Shown: positions 1 through 10,593 of the stretch, piece after piece
How positions within the stretch are numbered: position 1 is the stretch's first letter
How the letters are laid out: each line of letters starts with the position of its first letter
NCBI GenBank assembly: GCA_963777605.1
Contig: CAVZRV010000031.1
Coordinates: 288,001 to 352,000, forward strand
DNA from: an uncultured Acidobacteriota bacterium
GTDB lineage: Bacteria > Acidobacteriota > UBA6911 > RPQK01 > JAPXNP01
Length of the DNA stretch: 64,000 bases
Reading direction: 5' to 3'
Translations under genes and position numbers: made by a program
The notes under the pieces: model-generated
The model's database searches: none
The model's input: the letters and a program-made list of their open reading frames with translations, nothing else
What the model was told of the DNA's origin: nothing

Positions 1-513
1 GATCTCGCCGATCAGCTGTCCGATGGACTTCCCCGAGATCCGCCCCATCATGTCGAGAATGGCAAACTCAATCGTGGCGAGTGGTATCCCCAGGGCCATT
101 CCACTCAACCGGAAATTGAGGTTGTAGACGTAAACCTTGTCGAGCAGCAGATCGAGGTCGCGGGCGTCCTTGCCGATGAAAAAGGGCTGCAATGCGTGGG
201 TAAAGATCGGGTAGAGCGAGTTCAGCGTGCTGTGCCCCACCGAGAATCCCTCCGCCCCATCCGCCGACCGCACCCGACACAGGTAGCTGCTCCCGTTTCG
301 AAGCAGTTCGAGCGACTCGATGACTACCGGATCGGCGAACAGCGCCCGCTTCAACACCGGCTCTCGGAGCACCGAGTCGAGCTGATCGTAGCGATCCTTG
401 ATCGGACTCGAATGATTCGCCTGAGGTGGCGGGCCTCCACATGAAGAAACTGTAGCGGCCAGGCTACCGGCCAGCGCGGAGTTCACGAATTGACGTCGAC
501 TTGGCTTTCCCAT
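1..513 (-). CDS. Mandelate racemase/muconate lactonizing enzyme (enolase superfamily) protein with Tat-like leader; runs off the window edge
   Basis: Manual translation from ATG at 513: MGKPSRRQFVNSALAG...YLCRVRSADGAEG...FIGKDARDLD...ATIEFAILDMMGRISGKSIGQLIG, typical of the MR/MLE N-terminal domain. Not in the ORF track. Confidence 0.8.
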   Translation of the reverse strand, partial: MGKPSRRQFVNSALAGSLAATVSSCGGPPPQANHSSPIKDRYDQLDSVLREPVLKRALFADPVVIESLELLRNGSSYLCRVRSADGAEGFSVGHSTLNSLYPIFTHALQPFFIGKDARDLDLLLDKVYVYNLNFRLSGMALGIPLATIEFAILDMMGRISGKSIGQLIGEI

Positions 514-702
514 CCCGGCCCTGCCTTTCTTCATTACGCCCCCAGCGGTCCGACGACACCAGAACCGACAGCGAAGTCACATTTTTGCCGCTGAGAATCC
601 GATCCGACGGGGACCCAGCATTTTCCAGTTCGCCGGACAAGTCAACCCCCAGACTCCCAGCGACTGAATCAGGCGCCCGCGGGGGCCGCTCCCTCCGCAC
701 AG

Positions 703-1100
703 GAGATCATTCAGAGAGTGAAACGGGACCTGGCGCTGAAGGTCCTTGGTTCAGCCCAGGGCTTGCCCGGTCTGTGGTCCTGCACTTCGACTGCGGCCTG
801 TAAGGTCGCGCCCCGGATTCACCTCGTCCGACGAGGTATTCAGCCCTTTCAGGGCTGGATTCTTGATGGGTGGACCGTGCACCCAGGCAAATGCCTGGGC
901 TGGAAACAGGCCCCCTTCAGGGGCCCGCCCGGCGCCGATCCTGTGATCCTCACTCATCCACGTCTGCCACCTGACCAGGAACCAGGATCCAGCCGATAAT
1001 GGCGGCCTCATTGCTACTCCAGCGATCGCCTCAATCATCAGCCGGCCGCGTCCAAATCATCCAGGTTTTCCAACTCCTCCAAATTGAAGTTTAAAGTCAG
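703..1100. repeat. Dispersed ~400 bp REP/MITE-like element (copy 1)
   Basis: Near-identical inverted copy at ~41751-42196. Internal palindromes include CAGCCCTTTCAGGGCTG and CCCAGGCAAATGCCTGGG. Ends are GATCATTCAGAGAGTGAAAC and AAATTGAAGTTTAAAGTCAG. Confidence 0.85.
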
Positions 1101-2026
1101 GGTTGTTCCCGCAGGCGCTTGTAGGCTTTCGGATAGCGATTGGCCGGACCGTAGACCGGGTTCCAGGACGAGCGCTCACTGCGCAGGGCATCCAGGTCCA
1201 GATCTCCGACGAGTACCCCTTCCGACCGGTCGAGTTCATCCCGGGTGGAACCGAGAAAGTCGATGATCGAACTGGTGCCGCTGTTGCGTGGAGCCGCGAA
1301 GTTAACCCGCACCAGGAAAACCTGGTTCTCAAGCGCCCGCGTCTGAAAGAGGTGGACCAGCAAAGGCCGTGAGAAATCCGACGTGCAGTAGGGGATGAAC
1401 ACGACTTCAGCCCCACCCAGCGCGAGTTCCCGGGTCGATTCCGGATGCTGGATGTCGTAACAGATCTGGATTCCGATCCTGGTCCTGATTCCGTCAATCG
1501 TGACGTCCCAAACCGGAAACCCGTCTCCCCGGGTGACTCCCGAGGCGACCATCCAGTTCTGCAGATGCACCTTGCTGTACTTGCCGACGATCTCCCCCGC
1601 GGGATTCATCAACACTGCCGTGTTGAAAAGACGACCGCCGCGGTTCTCATCAATCCCAAAAACGATCCAGACACCCAATTCCCGTGCCAACCTGGCAAAG
1701 TGATCGGTCGCCGGCCCCGGAACCGGTTCCGCCGCTGCCAGAATCCGCGACCTCTCCTCGACCAGCCTGGGGTCGTCGCTCGACTGACCTTCGGAGAGGT
1801 GAACGCGCGGGTAACCCTGCACCGCCGATTCCGGTGTGCACACTATCCGGGCTCCCCGTGCCGCGGCGGCCCGGATCAGCCGGTCGGCCTGCTCCAGGTT
1901 GTAGCTCTTGTCGAGTGTCTTCCCATCCATCTGGATAAGCCCGACTCGCAGTCGCTCTCCTGCCCGGAGATCTGCGGCCGATACGAGAGCGACCACGAGG
2001 GCCAGAACGGCAATCCTGCTTCTCAT
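1097..2026 (-). CDS. Carbon-nitrogen hydrolase (nitrilase superfamily), secreted
   Basis: Catalytic E (TPES), K (YSKVHL) and C (ICYD) motifs; N-terminal signal peptide. Confidence 0.9.
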   Translation of the reverse strand: MRSRIAVLALVVALVSAADLRAGERLRVGLIQMDGKTLDKSYNLEQADRLIRAAAARGARIVCTPESAVQGYPRVHLSEGQSSDDPRLVEERSRILAAAEPVPGPATDHFARLARELGVWIVFGIDENRGGRLFNTAVLMNPAGEIVGKYSKVHLQNWMVASGVTRGDGFPVWDVTIDGIRTRIGIQICYDIQHPESTRELALGGAEVVFIPYCTSDFSRPLLVHLFQTRALENQVFLVRVNFAAPRNSGTSSIIDFLGSTRDELDRSEGVLVGDLDLDALRSERSSWNPVYGPANRYPKAYKRLREQP

Positions 2027-2085
2027 CTGCGGGTCTCCTTGACTGCGGCGGCGCAGTACGTCGCGAGGACGGGCCGCAAGGCATG

Positions 2086-3162
2086 TTAACTCCGATCCGC
2101 ATGGCCGAGCAATCGGAGGGTAAGGTTATTCTGGCCCGAGTTTGGCCCGTTGGAGGCGCTTTCAATCGGAATCAAGAGACTGTCCAGGTCAACGGGGTCA
2201 ACACTGCCCCGCCCTGCCAGTGCCTGATCCGACTCCCGATCGCGATCTCTTGTGCTGTCAGAAACCGGACTTGAAGATAGATTCCCGGCCGGAACCAGGA
2301 AAACGAACTCCCCCTGGCCGCTCCGCCCTATCTGAGGGTTCTGGCGCGCGTTCCAGTTGGCGAGAGCGGTCTGGGAAACGTTGGGCTCGATGTAGGCGTA
2401 GAGTTCACTTGAGGTAACGATCCCGTCTCCGTTGGCGTCGGCCTGTCCCTTGAGCCCTTCCAGAAAGAAGTAAGTGAAGAGGCCGTGCCCGTTCCATTCG
2501 TATGCCTGCTGGTCGCTCCGTCCCGCGGCGAGTGCCAACCGGACATCTTTTGAAAGCGCCTGGGCCAGGTAATTCGCCAGGGTTCTCGGGAGTCCGGTTG
2601 CCCGGGTCGAAAGCGCCAGCCCCGAGTAACAGGCGTCGGCAACGAACATGGAGTGTTTGGCGGCCTGGGCCGAAAGCCACGCCTGGACCTCGCGCATCGA
2701 AATTCCGGTCGAGACCCGCCTCTCGTTGTCTCCGTCAACCGGCATCAAATAGCCCATCATTCCATCGCCACTGCCTACCGTCACGGCATGCCCGGCGAAG
2801 TAGATCAGGACACGGTCGTTCTTTTCCACCTCCCGGGGAAGACGATCACCGATCGCTTCGGCAATCCGGCCCCGGGTCGCCTCCGCGTCCAGCAGAAGCG
2901 TTACCTCAAAGCCGCGCTCGGACAACAGCTGTGCCACCGAGCGCGCATCGCGGGCCGCTCCCGGGAGCTCGGGCAGGCTCCGGTATTGGCTGATTCCAAT
3001 GACGACGGCGTGAGAGCGGTCGTACAGGCGGACTTTCCCTTCCAGCCCGCTGTAGCCTTCCGGCGGAGCCTGGTATACCAGGGACTTCAAATCCTGCCGG
3101 GCCTGCGCCCCCATCCAGAAAGCGAAAATTGCGACGACCGCGGCAATCGAGCCGCGCCTCAT
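2086..3162 (-). CDS. Secreted caspase-like protease (peptidase C14 family)
   Basis: HAVVIGISQY, YFAGHA (His) and DACYSG (Cys) motifs; HGLFT; EF-hand-like DANGDGIVTSSEL; signal peptide. Confidence 0.88.
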   Translation of the reverse strand: MRRGSIAAVVAIFAFWMGAQARQDLKSLVYQAPPEGYSGLEGKVRLYDRSHAVVIGISQYRSLPELPGAARDARSVAQLLSERGFEVTLLLDAEATRGRIAEAIGDRLPREVEKNDRVLIYFAGHAVTVGSGDGMMGYLMPVDGDNERRVSTGISMREVQAWLSAQAAKHSMFVADACYSGLALSTRATGLPRTLANYLAQALSKDVRLALAAGRSDQQAYEWNGHGLFTYFFLEGLKGQADANGDGIVTSSELYAYIEPNVSQTALANWNARQNPQIGRSGQGEFVFLVPAGNLSSSPVSDSTRDRDRESDQALAGRGSVDPVDLDSLLIPIESASNGPNSGQNNLTLRLLGHADRS

Positions 3163-3429
3163 CAGGTCAGCCTTCTCTGTTTCGGCTGGTGGATCATTGC
3201 TCCGAGTTTACCCGATTACAGAGTGTGGAAAAAGTGCTGCCGGATGAGTGAATACTCCTGTATTGGGGAAGCCGGACCAGGGATTTGACACTCCTTTCAA
3301 GTCTGGTGTTCCGCGAGGGTTGATCTCAATATCAAGCCACCCGGCCTGGTCGAACTGGAGGCCAAGTTCGAACTCAAAGACATGCTCGTCGACGTCGAGA
3401 TCGAGCTCTGACTTCTTCCCGTTTGAGTT

Positions 3430-6400
3430 CTACTCGACCCGCATGAGGTGATCGACCACCATCCCCGAAGGGGCCGTCTTAAAGAGCGAAATCGTCACCA
3501 CCGAAAACGGGGTGTCGGACACGATTCCGCCAAAGAAGAGGCCAACACTAGAATCACCGGAATTGTTAAAGAAGTCGTACTCGGGGCCACCCGTTCGCAC
3601 TTCGAGTCCCTCCGCCGTCTTGACCGAAATGAAATCCGTCTCCCCCTGCTGGGCAAGCTCGGTATTGAAGAACAGCCCAAAGGCCCGGACCGGCTTGACG
3701 AACCGGATCCTCATCGATTCTCCGGGGATGAAGTAGTCCAGTTGGGGATCGTCCGAGCGGCTCAGCCCCAGGCACTCGTCGCCGATACTATTGTACTTGG
3801 CGTACGGGTTCCCCTGGCTGTCCTTCTCCCATGGCGTCACCAACCCCCGGGTTCCATTTGGATAATCCTGGGTCGGCCCCGGGAACTGCTCGTATCGAAT
3901 GCCGTGCAACTCGGTTCCCGGATTGAGAATGGTTCCCCACTCGATGCCGCCATAACTCTCCGTAATCAGGTCCGGATCCGGGCCGAGCGCTGCGATGAAA
4001 TCGAGGTAGTGCGTGTAGAGACCGGCTGTGGGCGCTGCAGGCAGGGACGTCACGACGCTTCGGCCCTCATCGTAGACTCCCGGCTCGGTCACCCGGCTGA
4101 TGTAGCCGGTGGAGTTACGAATCTCGGCCAGGTAGAACCCGTCGATCGCCCCGGATTCACTGTCCTGCCGCAGCGGTGCGATGTCCCGGATCCCCGCTAC
4201 AGTCAGCCAGGAAACCACACTTCCAGTCGACGGAACCACCAGGGATATTTCGTCGGAAGACTCCTCGACGACAAGCAGGTGGAAGGAATCGGGACAACTC
4301 AATCCGGAGCGCTGCAGCCCCAGAAGGTGCCCGGGCCCACCCAAACCGGAAACCACTTGCCGGCTGGATCCACTTGTACGGTCAACGGCGATAATCCGGC
4401 CATTCACGTGATCGGAAAGGTAGATCGTGCCGTCGCAGGGATCAACAGCGATCCCCGATCCTCCGGTTGAGGCCACCTTGACGAACGATCCTGGCTCGGT
4501 GCCTCGCACCGCCTCTGGCGCCATCCCGGACGAAAGGCCCTGGTTCAGCTGGACGGCTGGGATCAGCGTGACTTGGTTCTGCTCGGCTACCAGGAGCCCT
4601 CCGGTGATGGGGTCCACCACGGCGGCTGTCGGCGCTGTCAGCCCCGTCGCGATCTCAGCGACGGAAGAACTCGAAGCTACGTTCAATCGAAGCACGCGCC
4701 CACTGGTCTTGGCGACGAGGAGGAGCACTTCACTCCCGGACGGAGGTTGATAAGGAAGCAGCTTGACGATCTCATCACCAGAGAAACTCCGGACCGGTTG
4801 CTTGACCCCGTTGGTGACGTTGTCGAGTTCGGAAGAAATCGAAGCCTGTGGCACGAGGTCGGATGTCCCGGCCGTTCCTCCCGTAACCTCACAGGAATAG
4901 AGCCGCTTCAGTGAAGCCAGGTAGGCGACGGAGCGCACAATCCCGAGCCCGGTGATGAAGTCTTCTTTGCGCAGCAGGTCCACCGACGCGCCGACCACCT
5001 GGTCTCCCGCCGTCGCCGTCACCGTGACCGGGATCGAACTGGGGAGGTTCGCCGGCGCCTTGTATACCCCAGGCCTCAATCCGGCCGACCGCGGAATCTC
5101 CATCCGGTTCCCCGTTGACCGCCCAACTGACCAGGCCGGTGGCGCCCGAAGCTTTGAAACTCGTCTGGCTGCCCGGCTGAAGCACTGCCAGCTTGGGTGA
5201 AACTGTGAACTGGGTGCCGCCGTTTCCAGGTTGATACGAGACCGGTACCGGCTGAGGCGGGATATTGGCCAGGGCCAGGCTCTGGTAACTCCCGAAAAGC
5301 GAGATCGCATGAATCGGAATGTCGCTGCTGACCCAGATCAGGCCTCCCGTCTGATCGGCCGACTTCGGAATCAGCTCATCAATCCGCTTGCTCTGACGCT
5401 GTCCAGGTTGGAGGGTGGTCACGTAGGTTCCCAGCACCGTGCCGTCCGGCTTCTCGGCAACGACCTTGACATTCGCGGCCAGCGAGCCCGGATTGAGCAA
5501 CGCGATTCCGGTGAAGAAGGGGAACCGGGTTGCCACGTGTGAAAAAAGAGCGCGCGTCTTCCCTTCGGCCGAAGCCGCCACCGACGCATAGGAGTTCACC
5601 GACGGCACCCGGTAGCCCGCGGTCCCCACGATCTCCGTCGAACTCGACACGACTTCGACCCACCCCTCGAGAAGATTCGAGCCGTGGAAGCCAAAGAGGG
5701 TCTCCACGTCGAGCCGCACGAGCTCATGAGGCCCCAGCGACTGGGTGACCGGGTTGTTGGCGACATCGGCGACGCCGTAGATCTTGCCGTCCGGCCGGTG
5801 TGCCTTGAAAGTGAGGATGGTGGACGTGTCGCCAGGATTGAGCAGAACCAACTCGGTCTTGAACGAGGACAACACGGCCATCTGAGGGAAATAAAGAAGC
5901 TTCGCTCCCGGCTGGACGGGCACTCCGTTCAACCCGAGCAAATCGCCGGGTCCTTTCACGAATTCGAATCCAGCGATCGGGTTGGACGATTCGACAGTCA
6001 GGTAGGCCGCCCCGCTAACGGATCCAAACACCGTTCCAACGTCGAAACGCGCCGTTCCCGAGGCTGAGAGTACGTAGTCCGCAAAACGGACGCCGCTCGA
6101 AGAGTGAAATTCGATGTGAAGGGCTGAAGGCGTCCCGGACGGGTTCACCAGGCTGACTTCGGTCGAGTAGTCGTCATCGGCAAGAACCTGCAGGAAGGCA
6201 AGGTTGGTGGAGGACTGCGGGAGATCGGCACCGTCGAGAAAGGAGATGGAGGGGTTCAGATAGAGGAAAAATCCGGTGAGGTTGTCTGAACCGCTGGTGG
6301 CCCTGATCCAGGCGGTGGGCGCTTCATCCGGGGCAAATGAGCCCCCGAAAATCAAGGACGTGATCTGTGCATACTGCTGGCCGGCGGGGATCTTGACCTG

Positions 6401-6619
6401 AACCGGGTTCTTGATTCCGGTGCCGCTGACCCTGGTCCCCTCGGAATCGATGGCAGTGAGCGTTACCGTGGCTTCAGCGGCGTTCGGGTTTACGATGGCA
6501 ATCCCCGTGATGGTGTCGGCCTCAAATGAGAGTCGAGGAAAATTCAGTTGGCTGGAAGAAAAGACCGGAGAGAGGCAGGCAGCCAGAACCAGGGGAATCA
6601 GTGCGATGATCCTATTCAC
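3430..6619 (-). CDS. Large secreted multidomain protein (repeated beta-sandwich modules, Ig-like domain, NHL-like propeller); frameshift at ~5070
   Basis: GTG start at 6619 with AAGGAG RBS and a signal peptide. ORFs 4889-6742 and 3430-5310 join at ...AVGRIEA/GVYKAPA across a G-run. Contains LYFPQMAV and TGIALLNP modules. Confidence 0.7.
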
Positions 6620-6845
6620 GGGAGACTCCTTTGAACCGAATAACCAAACTATAGCGGAGCCTCGCGGAGGTGGAAACCCCTCCGACCCGGACATTGTCGG
6701 CTCTCTTGCGAAAACGCCGGGAGTTCCACTGGTCCAGGGCACTCCGCACTCAAAAAAACAAAGATCGACCCATTAGGGAGCCGAATATCCGCCAAAGACC
6801 CGTCCCCAGTCGAAGTCCCTTCTGTATGAGGACTGGAGCATGGCC

Positions 6846-7451
6846 TCAAGGCTGGTGCTCGGGGTGCGTGCAGCCGGGAAACTCGCTCAAGTAGGTGTTC
6901 CCCTGGAACTCGAGCACATCTATCAGCCCCACTTCCGAGGTGTAGAAGCCTTCGACCGTCATCTCCTTGGTCAGACGATAGAATTCGAATCCCGGATGCC
7001 GCGCCTCGGGATCCCGTTCGGTGACGCTCATCTCGGTAAGGAGGGACTCCCGCTGAGAAGCTTCCAGGTCGCCGAACGTTTTCTGAAAACGCTCCCGGCT
7101 CAATCGATCCAGCAGCTCCAGGCCTTCGATCCAACTACGCTGAAGGGCCGGCTTGAATTCGGCGGCTGCATGGACGGTGAAGTCGATGAAGTCCGCCACG
7201 CGGGCCTCCCGGGCACCCGGTTTGTCGTCCGACGGGATAATGAGTTCGGTCAGAGCCTGAACGGTTCTAAACTCGTCCGGATTGAAGAAGAGAGGAGCGT
7301 ACGGAGCAGCGGCGGCGGTGGCCTGGGGAGCCGCCATAAGATTTCCTCTCGCGGGCAACCATCCGGCCAGGAACTCCTGTCCGGCAGCAGTTGCTGCAAT
7401 CAGCCCGAGGTACTTCAGGGCCTTGCGTCGTTCAATCATTGCATGCTTCAT
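6846..7451 (-). CDS. Gluconate 2-dehydrogenase subunit 3 family protein (Tat substrate)
   Basis: ERRKALKYLG twin-arginine leader; IIPSDDKPGA, TVEGFYTSEVG and C-terminal GCTHPEH motifs; adjacent to a GMC gene. Confidence 0.88.
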   Translation of the reverse strand: MKHAMIERRKALKYLGLIAATAAGQEFLAGWLPARGNLMAAPQATAAAAPYAPLFFNPDEFRTVQALTELIIPSDDKPGAREARVADFIDFTVHAAAEFKPALQRSWIEGLELLDRLSRERFQKTFGDLEASQRESLLTEMSVTERDPEARHPGFEFYRLTKEMTVEGFYTSEVGLIDVLEFQGNTYLSEFPGCTHPEHQP

Positions 7452-7525
7452 TTCAAAACCACTTCTCTCGATGAATTCCCCTTCTCGAGGGCAAAAATGA
7501 AAGGCTTCACCCGGCCGCACATCGG

Positions 7526-9226
7526 CTAAACATCCCCTCTCCGGAACCGTTCCGCCAGATGATCCGCAGCCCGGCAGGCAAGGGTCATGATGGTCAACGT
7601 CGTCTGCTTTTCGGGGTGGGTCACAAAGCTCGAAGCATCGACCACGTACAGGTTCGGTATGTCGTGAGTCCGACACCACTTGTCGAGTACCGAGGTCCTG
7701 GGATCGTCGCCCATACGGCATCCTCCGGCCTCGTGCGTAACGCTGCCGAGCGGATAGGGGTCCACCTTCTCGTAGGGGAAGATCTCGGCTCCAGAGGCCT
7801 TCAGAATCGCCTCGATCTCATCGTACATCGCATCGCGGATGGCAAATGCATGGTCGTACTTGGCGTTGGTGTGGAATCGGACCTGGGGGATCCCGTAGCG
7901 ATCGGTGAGACCGTCCGGGTCGATTTCGACATAGTTGTGTTCGAACGCCAGTCCCTCCCCGTAGCCTCCCATGGAGAAACCGGCCGGATAGAGTTCCTTG
8001 ATGCGTTTCTTGTATCCGCTGCCAAAACCCGCCAGCCGGGCGCCGGGTCCGGGCCCAATGCCGCACCCGGTAAAGAAATCGAGTCTCCACCCCCGAAGAT
8101 ACTTCTTCTTGCCCTCGTGTCCGTAGTTGTAGCGCGGAATGTAGAGACAGGAAGTTCCGGGCCCGTCGTCGTTCGTCGTCGGCCGGCCCGCCAACTCCGG
8201 AAAGAAACCCTCTATGCTGTTGAACGCCACGTGCTCGGTCAGATACTTTCCGAGAGTCCCGCTCGAGTTCGCGAGGCCTTGGGGGTGCTCCCGGTTGCGC
8301 GAGTTGAAGAGGATGCGGATCGACTCGATCATCGACGCTCCCAGGACCACCGCCTTGCCGTAGGCTTCGTACTCCTGACGGGTCCCGGTATCGAGGTAGG
8401 ACACGCCCCGGACCTTGCCGGTGTTGCGGTCCGTAAGAACGGTGTGGACGACAGAGTTGGGGCGGAGTTTGAAATTGGCCTTCTGCTGCAGCTTGGGAAT
8501 CAGAACGTCCAGACTGCTGTAGCGCGAGCGGGTCTGGCAGCCGTAGTTGCAGGAGCCGCAGAAATGACACGGCAGGCGGCCATCGTAGGGCTGGCTCAGG
8601 TTGGCGAGCGGAAGCGGAATCGCCTTGATTCCGAGCCTGGCGGCGCCCTTCTTGATCAGGAGTTCCCCGCAGCGCGGGTTGAAGGGCGGAAGGAGGTGCC
8701 TGCCCATCGGGGAGTTCGGAACACCTTCCGTACTTCCCGCTACCCCGATCAACTGCTCAACCCGATCGTAGTAAGGTTCGACATCGTCGTAGCTGATGGG
8801 CCAGTCTTCACCCCATCCGTCCTGCTGGCTCTTCGCCTTGAAATCGAGGGGACCGAATCGATCGGACCCGCGCCCCCAGAACAGGGTCCGCCCGCCGACG
8901 GCCCGCACCCGGGTCCAGGTGAACTTCGAACCCGGTGCCAACGCGTAAGGGTCTTCTTCGGGAATCGTGTAGATGTGGTCGGTCCACTCTTTGATCTTCC
9001 AACCCATGCCCTGCGGCAGTTTGCCGTACTGCCCCGGCTTCCCCTGCCCCCGGTAGGGCCAGTCGTAAGGCATTTTGTGGGGATGCAGGTCTTCGGCAGG
9101 ATCGATCATCCTGCCGGCTTCGAGACACAGGACATCGAGGCCCTGCATCGCGAGCACATAGGCCGCCATCCCACCCGACGCGCCCGAACCGACGACTATC
9201 ACGTCATGAACCGTTTTCGAAGGCAT
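7526..9226 (-). CDS. GMC family FAD oxidoreductase (glycoside 3-dehydrogenase-like large subunit)
   Basis: VVGSGASGG FAD motif, VGGRTLFWG, CHFCGSCNYGC Fe-S motif, HEAGGCRMG, NLYVVDAS. Confidence 0.92.
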   Translation of the reverse strand: MPSKTVHDVIVVGSGASGGMAAYVLAMQGLDVLCLEAGRMIDPAEDLHPHKMPYDWPYRGQGKPGQYGKLPQGMGWKIKEWTDHIYTIPEEDPYALAPGSKFTWTRVRAVGGRTLFWGRGSDRFGPLDFKAKSQQDGWGEDWPISYDDVEPYYDRVEQLIGVAGSTEGVPNSPMGRHLLPPFNPRCGELLIKKGAARLGIKAIPLPLANLSQPYDGRLPCHFCGSCNYGCQTRSRYSSLDVLIPKLQQKANFKLRPNSVVHTVLTDRNTGKVRGVSYLDTGTRQEYEAYGKAVVLGASMIESIRILFNSRNREHPQGLANSSGTLGKYLTEHVAFNSIEGFFPELAGRPTTNDDGPGTSCLYIPRYNYGHEGKKKYLRGWRLDFFTGCGIGPGPGARLAGFGSGYKKRIKELYPAGFSMGGYGEGLAFEHNYVEIDPDGLTDRYGIPQVRFHTNAKYDHAFAIRDAMYDEIEAILKASGAEIFPYEKVDPYPLGSVTHEAGGCRMGDDPRTSVLDKWCRTHDIPNLYVVDASSFVTHPEKQTTLTIMTLACRAADHLAERFRRGDV

Positions 9227-9781
9227 CCCACATTCCTTCCAGCCTGAGCGAACTCCGGACCCGACGCAGCGAACTAGCCCGGCGGGCGCTGGCCCGATTC
9301 GAACGGTTGAACCAGGCGTAACCATGAACAACGGAGACCCTGTTGAAGCGTTGAATTCGATTATAGGTATTCGGCTGCTCAAAAGCGAAAAGGGAAGGCA
9401 TCAGCAGCAGGGTGAGCGGTCAGAGATTCTGGGAGTGTGTTGCCCAGACTCGGACGGAGAATTGTCTCTGCATCCCTCGCTCATACGGTCCTTTCGCTTC
9501 CTCTCCCTCCGAGCGGCGCCTTCTCCACTTTTCTCACCCGGTCTCCTCGCACTTTTTCCAACACGTTCGTAATTAGTAGATGGGGTTAGGGGTTTGGCCA
9601 CCGCCGGAGGCTTTGCCCGGGGGTTTCGTGCGCCCGCCGACGGATTGGGCGCGGAAAGACGAGTCAGATTTGGCTCAGATTGCGATTCCGGAGCCCACCC
9701 CTGGAGTGCAGGGGCGGCCTCCCCGGGCGTTCGTCCGGCGAAAGCCCGGTTCGGCCGCGATACTGCTCTTGTTAAAAGCGC

Positions 9782-10519
9782 CTACTTGTTCCGGACGACA
9801 CTGATCTCCTTGAAATGCACGGTTTGCGGCTCGTGGTGATTCTGCACGCCAACGTAACCTTCCCTGGGTCGAGGGCCGCGGATCGGCTCGTAATCATGCT
9901 CCCTCAGGGGAACTCTCGTCATGTCCAGGTAATCGTTGACCTTTTCGCCGTTCAAAACGATGATCGTCCGGTCATCATCCAGCGTGATCTCCATGGTATT
10001 CCACTCGCCCGCCGGTTTCTGGACCTGCTTCTCCGCCTTGCTGAGCGAGTAGATCGCCCCGGTCAGGTGCCAATCATCCCCCATCAGTTTCTGATGCTCT
10101 GAACGCTCGTGGGTATCCTCCGGCCAGCTTGCCTGGATCTGGACTTCGTAACCAGTGTTGACGGCCTGCCATGGATCTTTGGGAGGTTTCGGGATCCGGA
10201 TGAATATCCCCGAGTTGTCGTTTACAGAGGTCGTCGTGTAGACAACTCGGAGGGTGCAATCCCCGAATTTTTCCCGCGTGTACCAGAGGAGGCCCATGCC
10301 GCCTTCGGTCTTCATGAGCCCGTCTTCGACGTAGACCCGGCCCGGCCCCACGTGTTCCCAGCCATCCAGGTCCGTGCCATTGAAAAGCTGCTGTCGCTCC
10401 CCAACCGGAGTTCTCTGCGCAGCTCCGGCATCGTCTTTGGCTGCTGCCGCTCCCTGTTGAGCACAGCCCGCCAGGCCGAGTACCAAGAGCAATCCCCCAA
10501 CGCAAACAAGTTTCTTCAT
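9782..10519 (-). CDS. DUF1080 (3-keto-disaccharide hydrolase family) lipoprotein
   Basis: Lipobox LAGC; LFNGTDLDGW, NSGIF, YEVQI, TGAIY, GEWN and GYVGVQNH motifs. Confidence 0.9.
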   Translation of the reverse strand: MKKLVCVGGLLLVLGLAGCAQQGAAAAKDDAGAAQRTPVGERQQLFNGTDLDGWEHVGPGRVYVEDGLMKTEGGMGLLWYTREKFGDCTLRVVYTTTSVNDNSGIFIRIPKPPKDPWQAVNTGYEVQIQASWPEDTHERSEHQKLMGDDWHLTGAIYSLSKAEKQVQKPAGEWNTMEITLDDDRTIIVLNGEKVNDYLDMTRVPLREHDYEPIRGPRPREGYVGVQNHHEPQTVHFKEISVVRNK

Positions 10520-10593
10520 CGTAGCAATCCTTACCTCAATCGCCAGATTGAGAATCAATTGTGAACATTGAGCCCTGCCGGGCTCGAAAATGG

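Noticed and set aside
718-1038. Small ORFs in repeats (718-999, 746-946, 751-1038, 41764-42108, 41842-42234) that resemble each other
   Set aside because: The similarity comes from the non-coding repeat, and reading frames are not preserved between copies.
7559-9247. Long antisense ORFs (e.g. 7559-9247, 3448-4470, 45674-46852, 52084-53091, 55896-56996, 61117-62208)
   Set aside because: These are shadow ORFs opposite well-supported genes in high-GC DNA and carry no recognisable motifs.
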